Shown: positions 46,144-55,777, counted from the first letter of the stretch. The stretch: DNA of 64,000 nt from an uncultured Chloroflexia bacterium (GCA_963848115.1 CAWKCP010000024.1:281731-345730); one strand, 5' to 3'. The notes: a model not told the origin generated them from the letters alone. Made by a program: numbers and translations.

Positions 46144-46458
46144 ATGGCTGAATTCATTAAAGTAGCAACAGTCGACGAGATTCCGGTCGGCGGCAGCAAG
46201 TTGGTTGAAGTCGATGACGTACGTATTGCCTTGTTCAATTTGGATGGGGACTACTATGCCATTGAAGATATGTGCACCCATGATGGTGGCCCCCTGGTCG
46301 AGGGCGAGGTCGTCAACGAGTGCCAGGTGCAGTGCCCGCGTCACGGGGCCCGTTTCGACATTCGTACCGGCGTTGCCGTCAGTTTTCCGGCTTTCACACC
46401 GACCAATGTGTTCGAGGTCAACATTGAAGGCAATGACGTGCTGATCGAAACACCGTAG
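46144..46458 (+). CDS. Rieske [2Fe-2S] ferredoxin-like protein
   Basis: CTHDGGPL...CPRHGARF Rieske ligands. 104 aa. Confidence 0.9.
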   Translation: MAEFIKVATVDEIPVGGSKLVEVDDVRIALFNLDGDYYAIEDMCTHDGGPLVEGEVVNECQVQCPRHGARFDIRTGVAVSFPAFTPTNVFEVNIEGNDVLIETP

Positions 46459-46489
46459 GGGCGTGCCCTTGTGGCTGCCTACCGCCAAA
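46455..46489 (+). repeat. 35-nt REP-like element, copy 3
   Basis: GTAGGGGCGTGCCCTTGTGGCTGCCTACCGCCAAA. Its TAG (46456-46458) is the Rieske gene stop codon. Confidence 0.8.
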
Positions 46490-46537
46490 ATTTAACCATT
46501 TCAGCGTACCGAGCAACGAGCAAGTTGGAGCGATATC

Positions 46538-46852
46538 ATGAGCATGCCCACATCTGAAGAAATCCGTGACAATTTGAAGGAAAAGGTCAAGGATCCCGAA
46601 CTGATGATGAATATTGTCGATCTTGGCCTCATCTATGATGTCGAGGTCACCGAGGAGAAGTCGGCCGAGATCACCATGACGTTGACCAGTCCCGGCTGTC
46701 CGGCAGGTCCGGAGATCATCTCCAATGTTCAGCGCGAAACCCACATCGCCTATCCGGATCTGGACGAAGTCAACGTACACCTGACCTGGACTCCTTTTTG
46801 GAATCCTGACATGATGTCGGACGACGCACGTGATGAGCTAGGCATCTTCTAG
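46538..46852 (+). CDS. sufT: DUF59/MIP18-family Fe-S assembly protein (SufT-like)
   Basis: VKDPELMMNIVDLGLIYDVEV...TLTSPGCPAG is the characteristic DUF59 motif. GGAG RBS. Confidence 0.88.
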   Translation: MSMPTSEEIRDNLKEKVKDPELMMNIVDLGLIYDVEVTEEKSAEITMTLTSPGCPAGPEIISNVQRETHIAYPDLDEVNVHLTWTPFWNPDMMSDDARDELGIF

Positions 46853-46918
46853 CAGAGCATCAAGCATCGAGACGATGGACGGCAAGTCTGTCAATACGTC
46901 AGACGATCTGTTTTTTAT

Positions 46919-46974
46919 CCATCGAAGCAAGAAGCGGGAACCCGAATTCGGGTTCCCGCTTCTTGCTTCGATGG
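46919..46974. terminator. Perfect 56-nt palindrome between convergent genes
   Basis: CCATCGAAGCAAGAAGCGGGAACCCGAATTCGGGTTCCCGCTTCTTGCTTCGATGG, preceded by TTTTTTA. Confidence 0.75.
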
Positions 46975-46980
46975 ACTTCT

Positions 46981-48735
46981 CTACTTTGGATTCAGTCGAT
47001 AGTGACGTACTTGCGTTCCGTGGTAGTCCTCGCTGCTGAGCAACTCGCCGTTGGCCTCTAGCCACTCGGTTGTCAAACCTCGAGAGTCCCACATTTCGAC
47101 CTCGCTGTTCAGAATCCAGACCTCGTTGATGCCTACCGTCGCCATCTCTAGTTCACGTGCAACCTGTTCACGAGCCATTTCATCTGGGAAACCGTTGTTG
47201 GTCCAGGGTCCGCCTTTCCATTGCCCCAATCGGGCGTCGCTGTCTTCGAATGGGTTCGATTCCAGGTCGCCACTGTAGTAGCGATAGGCAAACTCCATGT
47301 GGGGGATCTGGAGGATCAGCAGTTCGTCTTCATAGGACCGTTGCTGGTGAATGTGCGTGACCGCGCTGCGTAGGTCATATTTGATGGTGACGGTCTTCTG
47401 TTGCCACCCCGCATAGAGCGAGAAAGCCACGACATAGACGAGCAGACCGGTGGAGAGCGGCTTTGCCAACACGCCCGTGTTGCGCCAGAGAAGTTGGATG
47501 CCCAAGGCGAGCAGCATCGCCGCCGCCGGCGCTATCCAGATGACGTAGCGCGGTGTGAAGACCGGCTGACGCAGGCTAAGTGCATAGATAGAGAGCAAGG
47601 GGACAAACAGCCAACTGACAATCAGTAGATAACGCCGGAAGGATGTCAGGCGGCTGAGTGAATCCCTGGCCGGAACTTGAATCTCCACAAAGCCGATCAA
47701 CAGCCCGGCTAGGCCCAGAAAGAAGATCGGCCCCATCCAGAACAGGTCGCCGGGCGGCATAAAGCCGCGGGTCTGGTCAAATAGTACACGGCGTAACAGT
47801 TCGGCGATGGGTGTGAAGTTGAAGCCGGTGCGTTTGTCGTTAGCCAGCAACAGATCCCATTGCCAGATGAGGAGTGGGAGGTAGGGCAATGTAAGACCGG
47901 CCAGGGCAAGGCCATAGCCACGCCAGTGGCGCTTACTCTGTGGCCATGCGACGATGAACCAGACAAAGTGCAGCGCAAAGAGCAAGATCATCAACAGATG
48001 CGAGTAGAGTGCAACGGTAAACACGGCCCAATAGCCGACCCACGGTTTCCAACCGCCCTCGCCAATACCGCGGAGCCAGAGCCAGGCGGTCATGAGCGTT
48101 AGCAACGTGACCAGCGTGTACATCTTGCCTTCCTGGCTGTACCAGAGCTGATAGGGGTTGACCGCCAGAAATAGGGCGGCCAGCAGAGGGGCATTGCCAA
48201 TCGTGGCTTCCCACCAGGAGAAGTCGTGCTTCGACTCGACTACTGTGTTATCAGGACCCGGAGTCGGCGACGCTGCGGGAGCATTCGCGGTCTGGGTTCT
48301 CTCTTCGCTTGGCTGTCTGGATGCCGGACCTGAGGATGGGGCAGTCTGGTGTGTAGTCGGAATGGGCAAGGGCGTGCTGGGCGCAAGCCGTCTGGCAACC
48401 TGCCACATCAGGGGCACCGCAAGGACGCCAAAGCAGAGCGATGGATAGCGAAGCGCAAACTCGGAGGCCCCGACAATGGTGAGCCAGGGGCGCAACGCCA
48501 CGAAATAGAGCGCCCCGTTCTGGCCGACCTGCACAAACATGGCCAGTGTTTCGGGAAGATGGCGCAGCGCAAAGTAGACGCTGTCAACCTCATCCCGCCA
48601 AAGACTTTGGACATCCAGGTTGTGGACGCGCCAACCATAAGCAAAAAGGATGAGGCCAAGCAGCAGCGGTCTCCGCGTAGGGCGTCTGCGCACGGATCTA
48701 CGGAAGTGAAGGAGGCCAGTCATCTGGCGTGTCAT
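46981..48735 (-). CDS. Glycosyltransferase family 39 (PMT/ArnT-like) membrane protein
   Basis: Polytopic N-half with the first-loop motif SLWRDEVDSVYFA typical of GT39. A Pro/Ser/Thr-rich insert and a soluble C-domain follow. The start region overlaps the upstream gene end (an alternative GTG is at 48693). Confidence 0.75.
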   Translation of the reverse strand: MTRQMTGLLHFRRSVRRRPTRRPLLLGLILFAYGWRVHNLDVQSLWRDEVDSVYFALRHLPETLAMFVQVGQNGALYFVALRPWLTIVGASEFALRYPSLCFGVLAVPLMWQVARRLAPSTPLPIPTTHQTAPSSGPASRQPSEERTQTANAPAASPTPGPDNTVVESKHDFSWWEATIGNAPLLAALFLAVNPYQLWYSQEGKMYTLVTLLTLMTAWLWLRGIGEGGWKPWVGYWAVFTVALYSHLLMILLFALHFVWFIVAWPQSKRHWRGYGLALAGLTLPYLPLLIWQWDLLLANDKRTGFNFTPIAELLRRVLFDQTRGFMPPGDLFWMGPIFFLGLAGLLIGFVEIQVPARDSLSRLTSFRRYLLIVSWLFVPLLSIYALSLRQPVFTPRYVIWIAPAAAMLLALGIQLLWRNTGVLAKPLSTGLLVYVVAFSLYAGWQQKTVTIKYDLRSAVTHIHQQRSYEDELLILQIPHMEFAYRYYSGDLESNPFEDSDARLGQWKGGPWTNNGFPDEMAREQVARELEMATVGINEVWILNSEVEMWDSRGLTTEWLEANGELLSSEDYHGTQVRHYRLNPK

Positions 48736-51649
48736 CCTCGTCTGGTATGAGCATCGGAGGCGATCTGTTCAAGAGATCGTCCAGAATGGCATCCTCATCC
48801 ATAAAGTCGGGTTCCAGCGGCTCTACCAGGGCAAACCGCTCCTGTTCCCGTTGCCGGAAGCTCAATCCGGCCAGCACGCCTGCCACGATGAAGAATATCA
48901 GTGAACCGAACATGAACCAGATCCATCCGAATGCAGCGATGGTCGAGTCAATGATCTCTGCAACCAGCATCACTCTGTCTGGGGTCGGCGTAGGCGTCGG
49001 CGGCTCAATCGGGCGCTGGGTCGGCGTAAATGTGGCTGTGACGACCATGGCAAGCGGGACCGCTGGAATGACAGTCGCGCTTTCTGTTGAGGTCGGCGAT
49101 GGCAAAATCGATGTGGACACAGGTGTTGGCGTGTCAGTCGGCAGAGGTGTCAACGTGAATGTTGGCGTCGCAATTGGTGACTGTAGGCGTGTTTGCTCTG
49201 CGGCCGCCGCGTTGATAGTCGCTAAGGCGTTTGTTGTCGCCAATGTGTCCGGCGTTGGAGTAGGCACTGTGGCAGTCGCCACCGGGATCGGTGTTGTGAT
49301 GCTCGACAGCGGTGTCGCGGTCCACGTGACCGTTGGTGTCGACGTCCAGAGCTGCGGGTCGGGTGCGGTTGCTGTTGCTGTCGCTGTGTGCGTTGGCGTC
49401 TGGGTCGGCCCAGGCGTCGATGTCGGGAAAGAGGTCGATGTCGGGACTGGGGTCACCGTAGGCGATGGCGTAAGCGTCGGCGTGAATGTAGGGGTTACGG
49501 TTGGCGTTGCCGGCGTTTCCGGCAGGACTTCAATTGTCATTGTCCAGAATAACGAACCGGCTTCGTATGTATAAAGTCCGGTATAGGGCCGGAACACCCG
49601 TGGATAGGTTGGATCGAAGCGGAAGCCATTTACATTATCATCTTCGTTGCCGGGCATTTCATTGATGACATCATATCCGTTGAACTGGATTTTGTAGCGA
49701 TCGCTGGTCACATAGACGGAGATACGGTGTACGTTCGGTGCATCGGAGGCAAGCTGCTCGTCGCTCAATACCGTGTCACCTTCGGGCTGGAAGTTGCCGT
49801 TGCCGTCGATGAACCCCCACTCCAGTAGATGATCGGCATCAAAGCGGATGACATAGCTGCTTTCGATGGATGTGCTGTCTGATGCATTGAAGACAAGACC
49901 TGCTGCGGGGAATCGTCCTGTGGCGTCGATCTCGAAATCAAGGTTGATTCGATAGTCTCCGCCTATGCAGCGAGCGTAGAAAATCATTGCGTTGATCTGG
50001 TCCCTGTCTACTTGGCGTATGCCTCTGTTATACAGTGCGTTCTCCCACGTACCGGCCAGCGATCGCCAGTCCATATCTATGTTGAGGGGAATGTTGATTT
50101 CCTCGGTCGGATTCAGGATAGGGTCGGCGCAGTTGGGGGCTCGGGTTGGGGTCGGCGTCAAGGTCGCCGGTGGTGTTGGCGTCGGGGTTGTCTGTGCGCT
50201 GACCAGAACGGAGCCTTGGTTGAAGATCGCCCTGGAATTCGACGAGTAGAGCCCAATGTATGGTTGGAACACACGGCCGATATCCTCCTTGAAGAGTGCG
50301 TTGGTGGCATCATCGACGTTGGTTCCATTGAATCGGACAGAGTAGGTATTGGAGATGACCTTGACCCATAGACGGTGGAAATCTGCTGACGGTGGCTGTG
50401 GGAAATCATCTGCATAGGTCTTGGTTCCGATCGACTCGTAGCCCCCGCCGTTATTGAACACGCCCCATTCGAGTGTCTTGTCACCATTGAAGCGGATGAC
50501 ATAGGCGCCGTTCCTCACCGTTCGATTCGGAACATTGAACAGGATTCCCGCCCACGGTTCAGTCCCCCTCTCCTCAAGCTTGAAATCGACTTCGAGCTCA
50601 TAGTCGCCGTTGATTTTCGATTTGAAATAGGTGATGCCATCCAGCGTGTTTATGTTTTGCTGACGATAGCCGGCCCCATTGTCGTCGGTGTTCCACACAC
50701 CGTTGATGGAGACCCATTCGGCCTGGACTTGGTTTCGATCGGCCAGTGGGAGTGGATATGCGTCCGCTCTGGGCTCAAGCATGGGGTCAGGTGTGCCGGT
50801 CGTAGTCGGCGTAGGGGTCGGTGTTTCCGTCGGTGTCGGGGGGACCGGCGTATCAGTCGCTTCTGTCGTTGCTTCACCTGTAGTCGCGGGCACCGTAGCC
50901 GGCGTAGACGTGTTATAGAGCGGTGGAAGATTATCGACCCAGATGCCGGCGTTCTGAAATGCCATGCTCGCCTCATCTGCGGTTAGGCCGAAGTAAGACG
51001 ATTCGTTCCGGGAAAAAGCGACATTTTCGGCGAGGATCGCTGATGTATTATTGACGTCTACCAGCACGGAGTAGGAGTTGCCTTCCACGCGAACAGTGAG
51101 GCGTTGGGGTGTCGTAAGGTATCCGTCAGCGCCCAGAGATGGATTGTTCGCCTGGCCCTGGAATTGAAAGGATCCATCACTTGCCAGCAGGCCCCATTCT
51201 ATCGTCTTGCCACCTTCCCTGAAGCGCACCACGTAGGCTGTCTGGATCGAATCGCGTGCAGGCGCATTGAACAGAATCCCGCCGCCGCCTACCGTGGTCT
51301 CTCCACTGTATCTGACGTCAACGCGAAACTGATAGTTGAGCGGCACCGGCTGTTCGAATGTCGAGAAGGCGTTGATGTAGGCCGTGTCTTGTTGGACATA
51401 GGCCGCAGGATCAATAAAAAGCCAATCCCCTGCCGATTGGTCCGGATTCCACTTGGCTCGGTTCTCGTTGCCCGAAAAAGGGAGTTCTTCCCACTCATCT
51501 GTCGGTGGCAGGGTCTCTTGACGTGGACCGATGAGGTGCGATGTGCCGGCTTCGGCTGGTTCGATGACGACCAACCAGGCAAGCATCATAGCCAGTGCCA
51601 ATGCCATGCCGGCCAGCAATCGATTGTGGGCCGAGGGGTGCGATTTCAT
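48698..51649 (-). CDS. 983-aa surface protein: signal anchor, three homologous ~200-aa beta-rich domains, long Pro/Thr linkers, C-terminal TM and acidic tail
   Basis: Three repeats share (G/A)(I/L)(L/V)FN(A/V).....Y(V)(V/I)RF....(I/L)EWG. The PT runs include TPTPTPPATLTPTPT and a Thr/Pro-rich stretch of about 200 aa. The TM segment is FGWIWFMFGSLIFFIVAGVLAGL. Any fold assignment (concanavalin/LamG-like) is only a guess. Confidence 0.8.
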   Translation of the reverse strand: MKSHPSAHNRLLAGMALALAMMLAWLVVIEPAEAGTSHLIGPRQETLPPTDEWEELPFSGNENRAKWNPDQSAGDWLFIDPAAYVQQDTAYINAFSTFEQPVPLNYQFRVDVRYSGETTVGGGGILFNAPARDSIQTAYVVRFREGGKTIEWGLLASDGSFQFQGQANNPSLGADGYLTTPQRLTVRVEGNSYSVLVDVNNTSAILAENVAFSRNESSYFGLTADEASMAFQNAGIWVDNLPPLYNTSTPATVPATTGEATTEATDTPVPPTPTETPTPTPTTTGTPDPMLEPRADAYPLPLADRNQVQAEWVSINGVWNTDDNGAGYRQQNINTLDGITYFKSKINGDYELEVDFKLEERGTEPWAGILFNVPNRTVRNGAYVIRFNGDKTLEWGVFNNGGGYESIGTKTYADDFPQPPSADFHRLWVKVISNTYSVRFNGTNVDDATNALFKEDIGRVFQPYIGLYSSNSRAIFNQGSVLVSAQTTPTPTPPATLTPTPTRAPNCADPILNPTEEINIPLNIDMDWRSLAGTWENALYNRGIRQVDRDQINAMIFYARCIGGDYRINLDFEIDATGRFPAAGLVFNASDSTSIESSYVIRFDADHLLEWGFIDGNGNFQPEGDTVLSDEQLASDAPNVHRISVYVTSDRYKIQFNGYDVINEMPGNEDDNVNGFRFDPTYPRVFRPYTGLYTYEAGSLFWTMTIEVLPETPATPTVTPTFTPTLTPSPTVTPVPTSTSFPTSTPGPTQTPTHTATATATAPDPQLWTSTPTVTWTATPLSSITTPIPVATATVPTPTPDTLATTNALATINAAAAEQTRLQSPIATPTFTLTPLPTDTPTPVSTSILPSPTSTESATVIPAVPLAMVVTATFTPTQRPIEPPTPTPTPDRVMLVAEIIDSTIAAFGWIWFMFGSLIFFIVAGVLAGLSFRQREQERFALVEPLEPDFMDEDAILDDLLNRSPPMLIPDEDDTPDDWPPSLP

Positions 51650-51981
51650 GGTTGCCGCCAGATGATGATGCTAACGCCAACGATGATGCCGAGAAGTAGC
51701 AGCGCCAAACGCGTCAGCCCGGCCTGCCCGCTGGCCATGACATTGATCAACGGCAGCTGCGACAGAGAGAGCGGTGCTCCACCGGTAACAGCCGGCGCGC
51801 CCAACGGCGATAGGGGTGAGATCTGGGCGGAAATTGACCCGGCGTCCCCGCCAGGCATGATTACGATCAAGAAGCAGAGCGCGGCTATAGCAACTAGGCC
51901 CACTAGAACAAGTGGCTGCCGTCCGCTTGCTCGTGGATTCCAATACTGCCTATCAAAATGACCAGCGTGATGCCGTCTCAT
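51646..51981 (-). CDS. Small hypothetical membrane protein (2 TM)
   Basis: ATGA stop/start overlap with the downstream 983-aa gene. Hydrophobic segments LVLVGLVAIAALCFLIVI and LALLLLGIIVGVSIII. Confidence 0.45.
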   Translation of the reverse strand: MRRHHAGHFDRQYWNPRASGRQPLVLVGLVAIAALCFLIVIMPGGDAGSISAQISPLSPLGAPAVTGGAPLSLSQLPLINVMASGQAGLTRLALLLLGIIVGVSIIIWRQP

Positions 51982-52033
51982 GGCCTTCGATGTCTTGCCG
52001 AATTGGTGCGATGCGGTCGATTTGGCGTCCAGA

Positions 52034-52957
52034 TCAACCTGGACGCAGCGTCACATCGCCGGCTCCGAATGCGTGCCGGATGCCATTGTTGTCTTCAATG
52101 ATCAGATTGCCGGCGCGGTCCACGTCAACTGCGCGACCCGTCTGTACCTGATCACCGGCAAAGTGATGCACTGTCACAATGTGGCCGAGCGTGGTCAGGA
52201 GACCACGCCATCTCTGGTGGACTTTGTCGGGGCCATCCAGCGTCTGAGCCGTGGCGAGCCAGTCTGCCAGGCGCAAACAGAGCGCAATGCAAAGCTGTGT
52301 TCTGTCAATGGGCCGGCCAACTTGATGTCGTAGGCTCGTTGCCGGCACAGCGGCCCCAGCGATGGCCTGCAGTGAACCCTCCTGCTGATTGACGTTGATG
52401 CCCATGCCGATCAACGCATAGTCCATAGTTGGACCTCTAAAGGCGGATTCAATTAGAATACCCGCAACCTTGGCGGCACGGGTGGCGTCAAAATGAGTGG
52501 CGTCCAAATAAGTATCATCCAAATGGAGACCGTCCGCAAAGCTGTCATGCGGATGCGCCCTTCCCATCAGTACATCATTGGGCCATTTCAGCGATACGCG
52601 TTCGGCTGTCGATGGGATGACTTGACCGATGACTTGACCGATGGCTTCAACGATGCTGATACCGGCGATCATCGGCAATTGAGCCGGGTCCGATGGCAGC
52701 AGCGGCGGTTTGAGCAAGACGGTAAGCAGCAGGGCGTCACCGTAGGGCGCTTCCCAGTCTCGAGATAGACGCCCTCGTCCAGCCGTCTGTTCCTCGGCAA
52801 TGACGATGGCGCCGGGCTTTGTTTCGGGGTCGATGGCCAGTCTGCGTGCCGGCGGCATTGTGGACGGCACACTTGCATGGTACTCGACCGTGTGTCCAAC
52901 CGAGCACGCTCTCAATTGCGCTTCCAGGATCTCCGGATCCAGTCTGCCTATACCCAT
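52034..52957 (-). CDS. birA: Biotin--[acetyl-CoA-carboxylase] ligase (group I, no HTH domain)
   Basis: EEQTAGRGRLSRDWEAP (GRGRxxRxW), KWPNDV, KVAGILIE and a C-terminal SH3-like domain. Start at ATG 52957 (MGIGRLD) or 52984. The ORF-track start is 53041. Confidence 0.88.
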   Translation of the reverse strand: MGIGRLDPEILEAQLRACSVGHTVEYHASVPSTMPPARRLAIDPETKPGAIVIAEEQTAGRGRLSRDWEAPYGDALLLTVLLKPPLLPSDPAQLPMIAGISIVEAIGQVIGQVIPSTAERVSLKWPNDVLMGRAHPHDSFADGLHLDDTYLDATHFDATRAAKVAGILIESAFRGPTMDYALIGMGINVNQQEGSLQAIAGAAVPATSLRHQVGRPIDRTQLCIALCLRLADWLATAQTLDGPDKVHQRWRGLLTTLGHIVTVHHFAGDQVQTGRAVDVDRAGNLIIEDNNGIRHAFGAGDVTLRPG

Positions 52958-53056
52958 GTTGACAAGGGTACCCGACACCCGCATGTCGGTCAAGCTGACG
53001 CTTGACAGGGCAGCGTAAGAATGTGACCAACTGACGGTCAAGAAAGGAAGGAACTG

Positions 53057-53641
53057 ATGCCGTTACCCGCACGTGATGAAGCATATGCATTGCTCACCGA
53101 ATGGGTCGAAAACGAAAATCTGCGTCGCCATATGATCGCTGTGGAGGCTGCCATGCGGGCCTACGCGGTCTACTTCGGCGAAGACGAGGAACTCTGGGGA
53201 ATCACGGGTCTGCTGCATGATCTGGACTACGAACGTTTCGCCGATATGGACGATGCCGAAAACGGCCACCCGCGCACGGAACTACGCCTCTTTGAGGAGG
53301 AAGGCTATCCGCCGGAACTGATCCATGCCGTCGAGGCTCACGCTACCTTCCTCGGCGTCCCACGCGAGAGTTTGCTCGACAAGGCGCTTCTCGCCTGCGA
53401 CGAGTTGACTGGCCTGATCTTGGCCTGCGCTTATGTGCGCCCTGACAAAGACTTACATAGCGTGAAGGTGAAGTCGGTGAAGAAGAAGTGGAAGGACAAG
53501 GCATTCACTGCGGCCATCGATCGCCAGGAGAACATGGTCTATATCGAAGAACTGGGTGTGCCGTTTGACGAGCATATCCAGCGCGTGCTGGAGGCCATGC
53601 AAGGTGCTGCCGAGGATCTTGATTTGACAGGCGCCGCGTAA
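53057..53641 (+). CDS. HD-domain phosphohydrolase
   Basis: RHMIAVEAAMRAYA...GLLHDLDYE (H...HD motif). 194 aa. Confidence 0.85.
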   Translation: MPLPARDEAYALLTEWVENENLRRHMIAVEAAMRAYAVYFGEDEELWGITGLLHDLDYERFADMDDAENGHPRTELRLFEEEGYPPELIHAVEAHATFLGVPRESLLDKALLACDELTGLILACAYVRPDKDLHSVKVKSVKKKWKDKAFTAAIDRQENMVYIEELGVPFDEHIQRVLEAMQGAAEDLDLTGAA

Positions 53642-53696
53642 CCGATGGTGGCGATATGTACGGTCTATTTGAGCCGTTAAGAGTCAGATAAATACT

Positions 53697-53788
53697 GGTG
53701 AATGGTGAATCGACAACGCTCAATTGTTACCGCGTGCGAGGAGCGCATTAACAATTCGCAGTTATCAATTCACCTTTCACCAATTTCC
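53697..53788. repeat. GGTGAAT-heptamer hairpin between convergent genes
   Basis: Left array: GGTGAAT GGTGAAT CGACAAC GCTCAAT. Right array: ATTCGCA GTTATCA ATTCACC TTTCACC. GGTGAATGGTGAAT pairs with ATTCACCTTTCACC. Confidence 0.8.
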
Positions 53789-53802
53789 TCTTTCTCGCGC
53801 CC

Positions 53803-54738
53803 TCAATACCTCATCCACCAATCCTTGCGCGAGCGCGGTTCCATGAAAGAACCGGTGTCTCGGATTGCTACTTTGACGACATCGCTGCTCGCATTCCCCA
53901 GCCGCTCGCCATTGCGCAGTGCAGGCAGCCGATCGCGCCCTTCTGCATCCAAACGCTGGTAGAGCGCGACCAGCGTCGGATCGACGTCTATTTCCTCAAG
54001 ATGCACAACATAGCCGATGGCTGCCGTGTCCTCGCGCGTGTAGGCAATCGTGATGCGATCGAGCGTGGCGTAGAGAACAAGTGCTTTGTAGCCGCCGCCG
54101 TAGATCTCCGGATCACGCGTAGGGATGAAGATCGGTTCGCCCTGTGTAGCCCTCAGGCCCAAAAGCGTGACCGGCGGGTCTTCTATGGGACCCCCACGGC
54201 AGCCGCGATCGCCGCAGTCCCAGATCCATTCGTTCACTCGGAAGAGCGAGACGATATCCGGTCCGCGCGTCTGGTTGAAGGTGCCATCCAACTGTGGGGC
54301 CTTGTCGTCTGTGGGGCCGTTGAGGTCAAGCAGCGTAAGCGGTCCCTCTGTTTCGCTATGGCCGCGCAGCGCCAGATTCAGATCGCCGTGTTGATCCGGC
54401 GGGTGGCTCGGCGGCGACCCCAGCGTGGGAATGGAATCGTAGACTGGTGTGGGTGTGGGTGTGGGTGTGGGTGATGGGGACGGCGTGGGCTCCTGCGTAG
54501 AGTCGGACACCTGGACAAGCGGCAAGAAGACCGTGGTGTCGGGGATCGTGTCGCCGGCAGCTCCGATGGCAGACCTTTCGTTGGCCATGGAGGCCAGTAC
54601 CAGCATGAGCAGGAAGAGGCCCAGTGCCAACCCTCGCCTTGAGCGCCGCCAACGGATAGCCTGCTGAGATCGATTACGGAAGTGGCGCCTGTGGTCCGGG
54701 TGTCGCCAATGGGGCGGCATGTTCACTGTTCTCTGCAT
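53803..54738 (-). CDS. Secreted hypothetical protein with a Thr/Pro-repeat linker
   Basis: Arg-rich N-region plus TM/signal (LALGLFLLMLVLASMA), the linker EPTPSPSPTPTPTPTP, then a ~210-aa globular part of no family I recognise. The start is uncertain because it overlaps the upstream gene by 47-65 nt. Confidence 0.65.
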   Translation of the reverse strand: MQRTVNMPPHWRHPDHRRHFRNRSQQAIRWRRSRRGLALGLFLLMLVLASMANERSAIGAAGDTIPDTTVFLPLVQVSDSTQEPTPSPSPTPTPTPTPVYDSIPTLGSPPSHPPDQHGDLNLALRGHSETEGPLTLLDLNGPTDDKAPQLDGTFNQTRGPDIVSLFRVNEWIWDCGDRGCRGGPIEDPPVTLLGLRATQGEPIFIPTRDPEIYGGGYKALVLYATLDRITIAYTREDTAAIGYVVHLEEIDVDPTLVALYQRLDAEGRDRLPALRNGERLGNASSDVVKVAIRDTGSFMEPRSRKDWWMRY

Positions 54739-55777
54739 GGTATGCCTTTATGCTAAATGCGTCCGTGTCTTGAAGATCCTTTCGGCGTGTGATGCGCCAA
54801 ACGCTTGCGCCGCCCAACCATAGCCCAAGCAACCCTAGGAGCACATCGCGCGTGCGAATCACGAGCGCCATCGCTACACCCGCTGCCGGATCCATCCCCA
54901 GCAGACTCATGGCAATGGCTTGGCTGGCCTCCAGCGCGCCGAGCCCTGCGGGCATCGGCAGCAAGATGGCGAAGCGGGCTGCAATCAGCGCCATGATGGC
55001 CTGGCCAAAGGTAAGGTCGATGCCCAACAGCCGCGTCATCAGCCAGTATTCGCCAATCAGCGCCACCCAGCTGAGCGCTGAGACCGCTGATGCAGCGATC
55101 AGGATGTCGGGTCTACGCCGGCAGAGTGTGGCGACTAGATCTTCGCTGCGCCAGAGCGTTCTGTGCCAGCGGGTCAACGTGGGCGACGGCCAACGCCTCA
55201 TGACCAATTTAAGTACTCCCGAGAGCGGGTGGTGGCCCTTCCAGAGCGCGAACAACAGGGCTGTCGGCAGAGCCAGCAGCAACAGCGCATAGAGCAATGC
55301 CTGATTTCCCAGTCGACCGAGCAGCAGGCCGTTTTGGAATACCAGGAGCAGGCCGAAGAGCAGAAAAGTGAAGTTGGCCAATAGCTCAAACAGTTTGTCC
55401 ATCGTGACTGCAGCAATGGAGTTGTCTGCAGGCACGTTGTCTCGCTCGGTGACGAGGAAGACTTGAAGCGGCTCGCCGCCAAAGTGGGGACCGGGCGTGA
55501 AGTAGCTGACGCCGAACGCGGCCAGCCGGTAGCCGACAAGCTTGATGTAAGAGAGCCGATATCCCTGCCCGGCCAGGAAGAGCCACCAACGGCCGGAGAA
55601 GGTGAAGATCACCAGCGCATTCGCGGCTGCGATCAGCAAAATGTCGAGTGGTCCTAGATCGCCCAAGACGCTCAAAATCGCGGTCAATGAGACGCTGCGC
55701 ACAGTGAAAACGAGCAATACGACGCTGAAGAGTATGAGGATGATGCGTGCGGATGTGCGGCGAGCCGACTTTGTCAT
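54674..55777 (-). CDS. UPF0104 / MprF-flippase-like (lysylphosphatidylglycerol synthase TM region) membrane protein
   Basis: Start ATG 55777 (MTKSARR), with an ATGA overlap with the upstream gene. Contains FSGRWWLFL...SYFTPGPHFGGEPLQVFLV, typical of the family. About 8 TM. Confidence 0.78.
   Translation of the reverse strand: MTKSARRTSARIILILFSVVLLVFTVRSVSLTAILSVLGDLGPLDILLIAAANALVIFTFSGRWWLFLAGQGYRLSYIKLVGYRLAAFGVSYFTPGPHFGGEPLQVFLVTERDNVPADNSIAAVTMDKLFELLANFTFLLFGLLLVFQNGLLLGRLGNQALLYALLLLALPTALLFALWKGHHPLSGVLKLVMRRWPSPTLTRWHRTLWRSEDLVATLCRRRPDILIAASAVSALSWVALIGEYWLMTRLLGIDLTFGQAIMALIAARFAILLPMPAGLGALEASQAIAMSLLGMDPAAGVAMALVIRTRDVLLGLLGLWLGGASVWRITRRKDLQDTDAFSIKAYHAENSEHAAPLATPGPQAPLP

Noticed and set aside
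46135-46146. TAAAAT at 46135-46140 as a leaderless promoter for the Rieske gene.
   Set aside because: Only 3 nt separate it from the ATG (46144), and there is no acceptable -35. The gene is more likely co-transcribed with sufS.
54446-54480. The GTGTGG microsatellite (GGTGTGGGTGTGGGTGTGGGTGTGGGTG).
   Set aside because: It lies inside the 53803-54738 CDS, where it encodes the TPTPTPTPTP linker on the minus strand. It is a coding low-complexity repeat, not an independent element.
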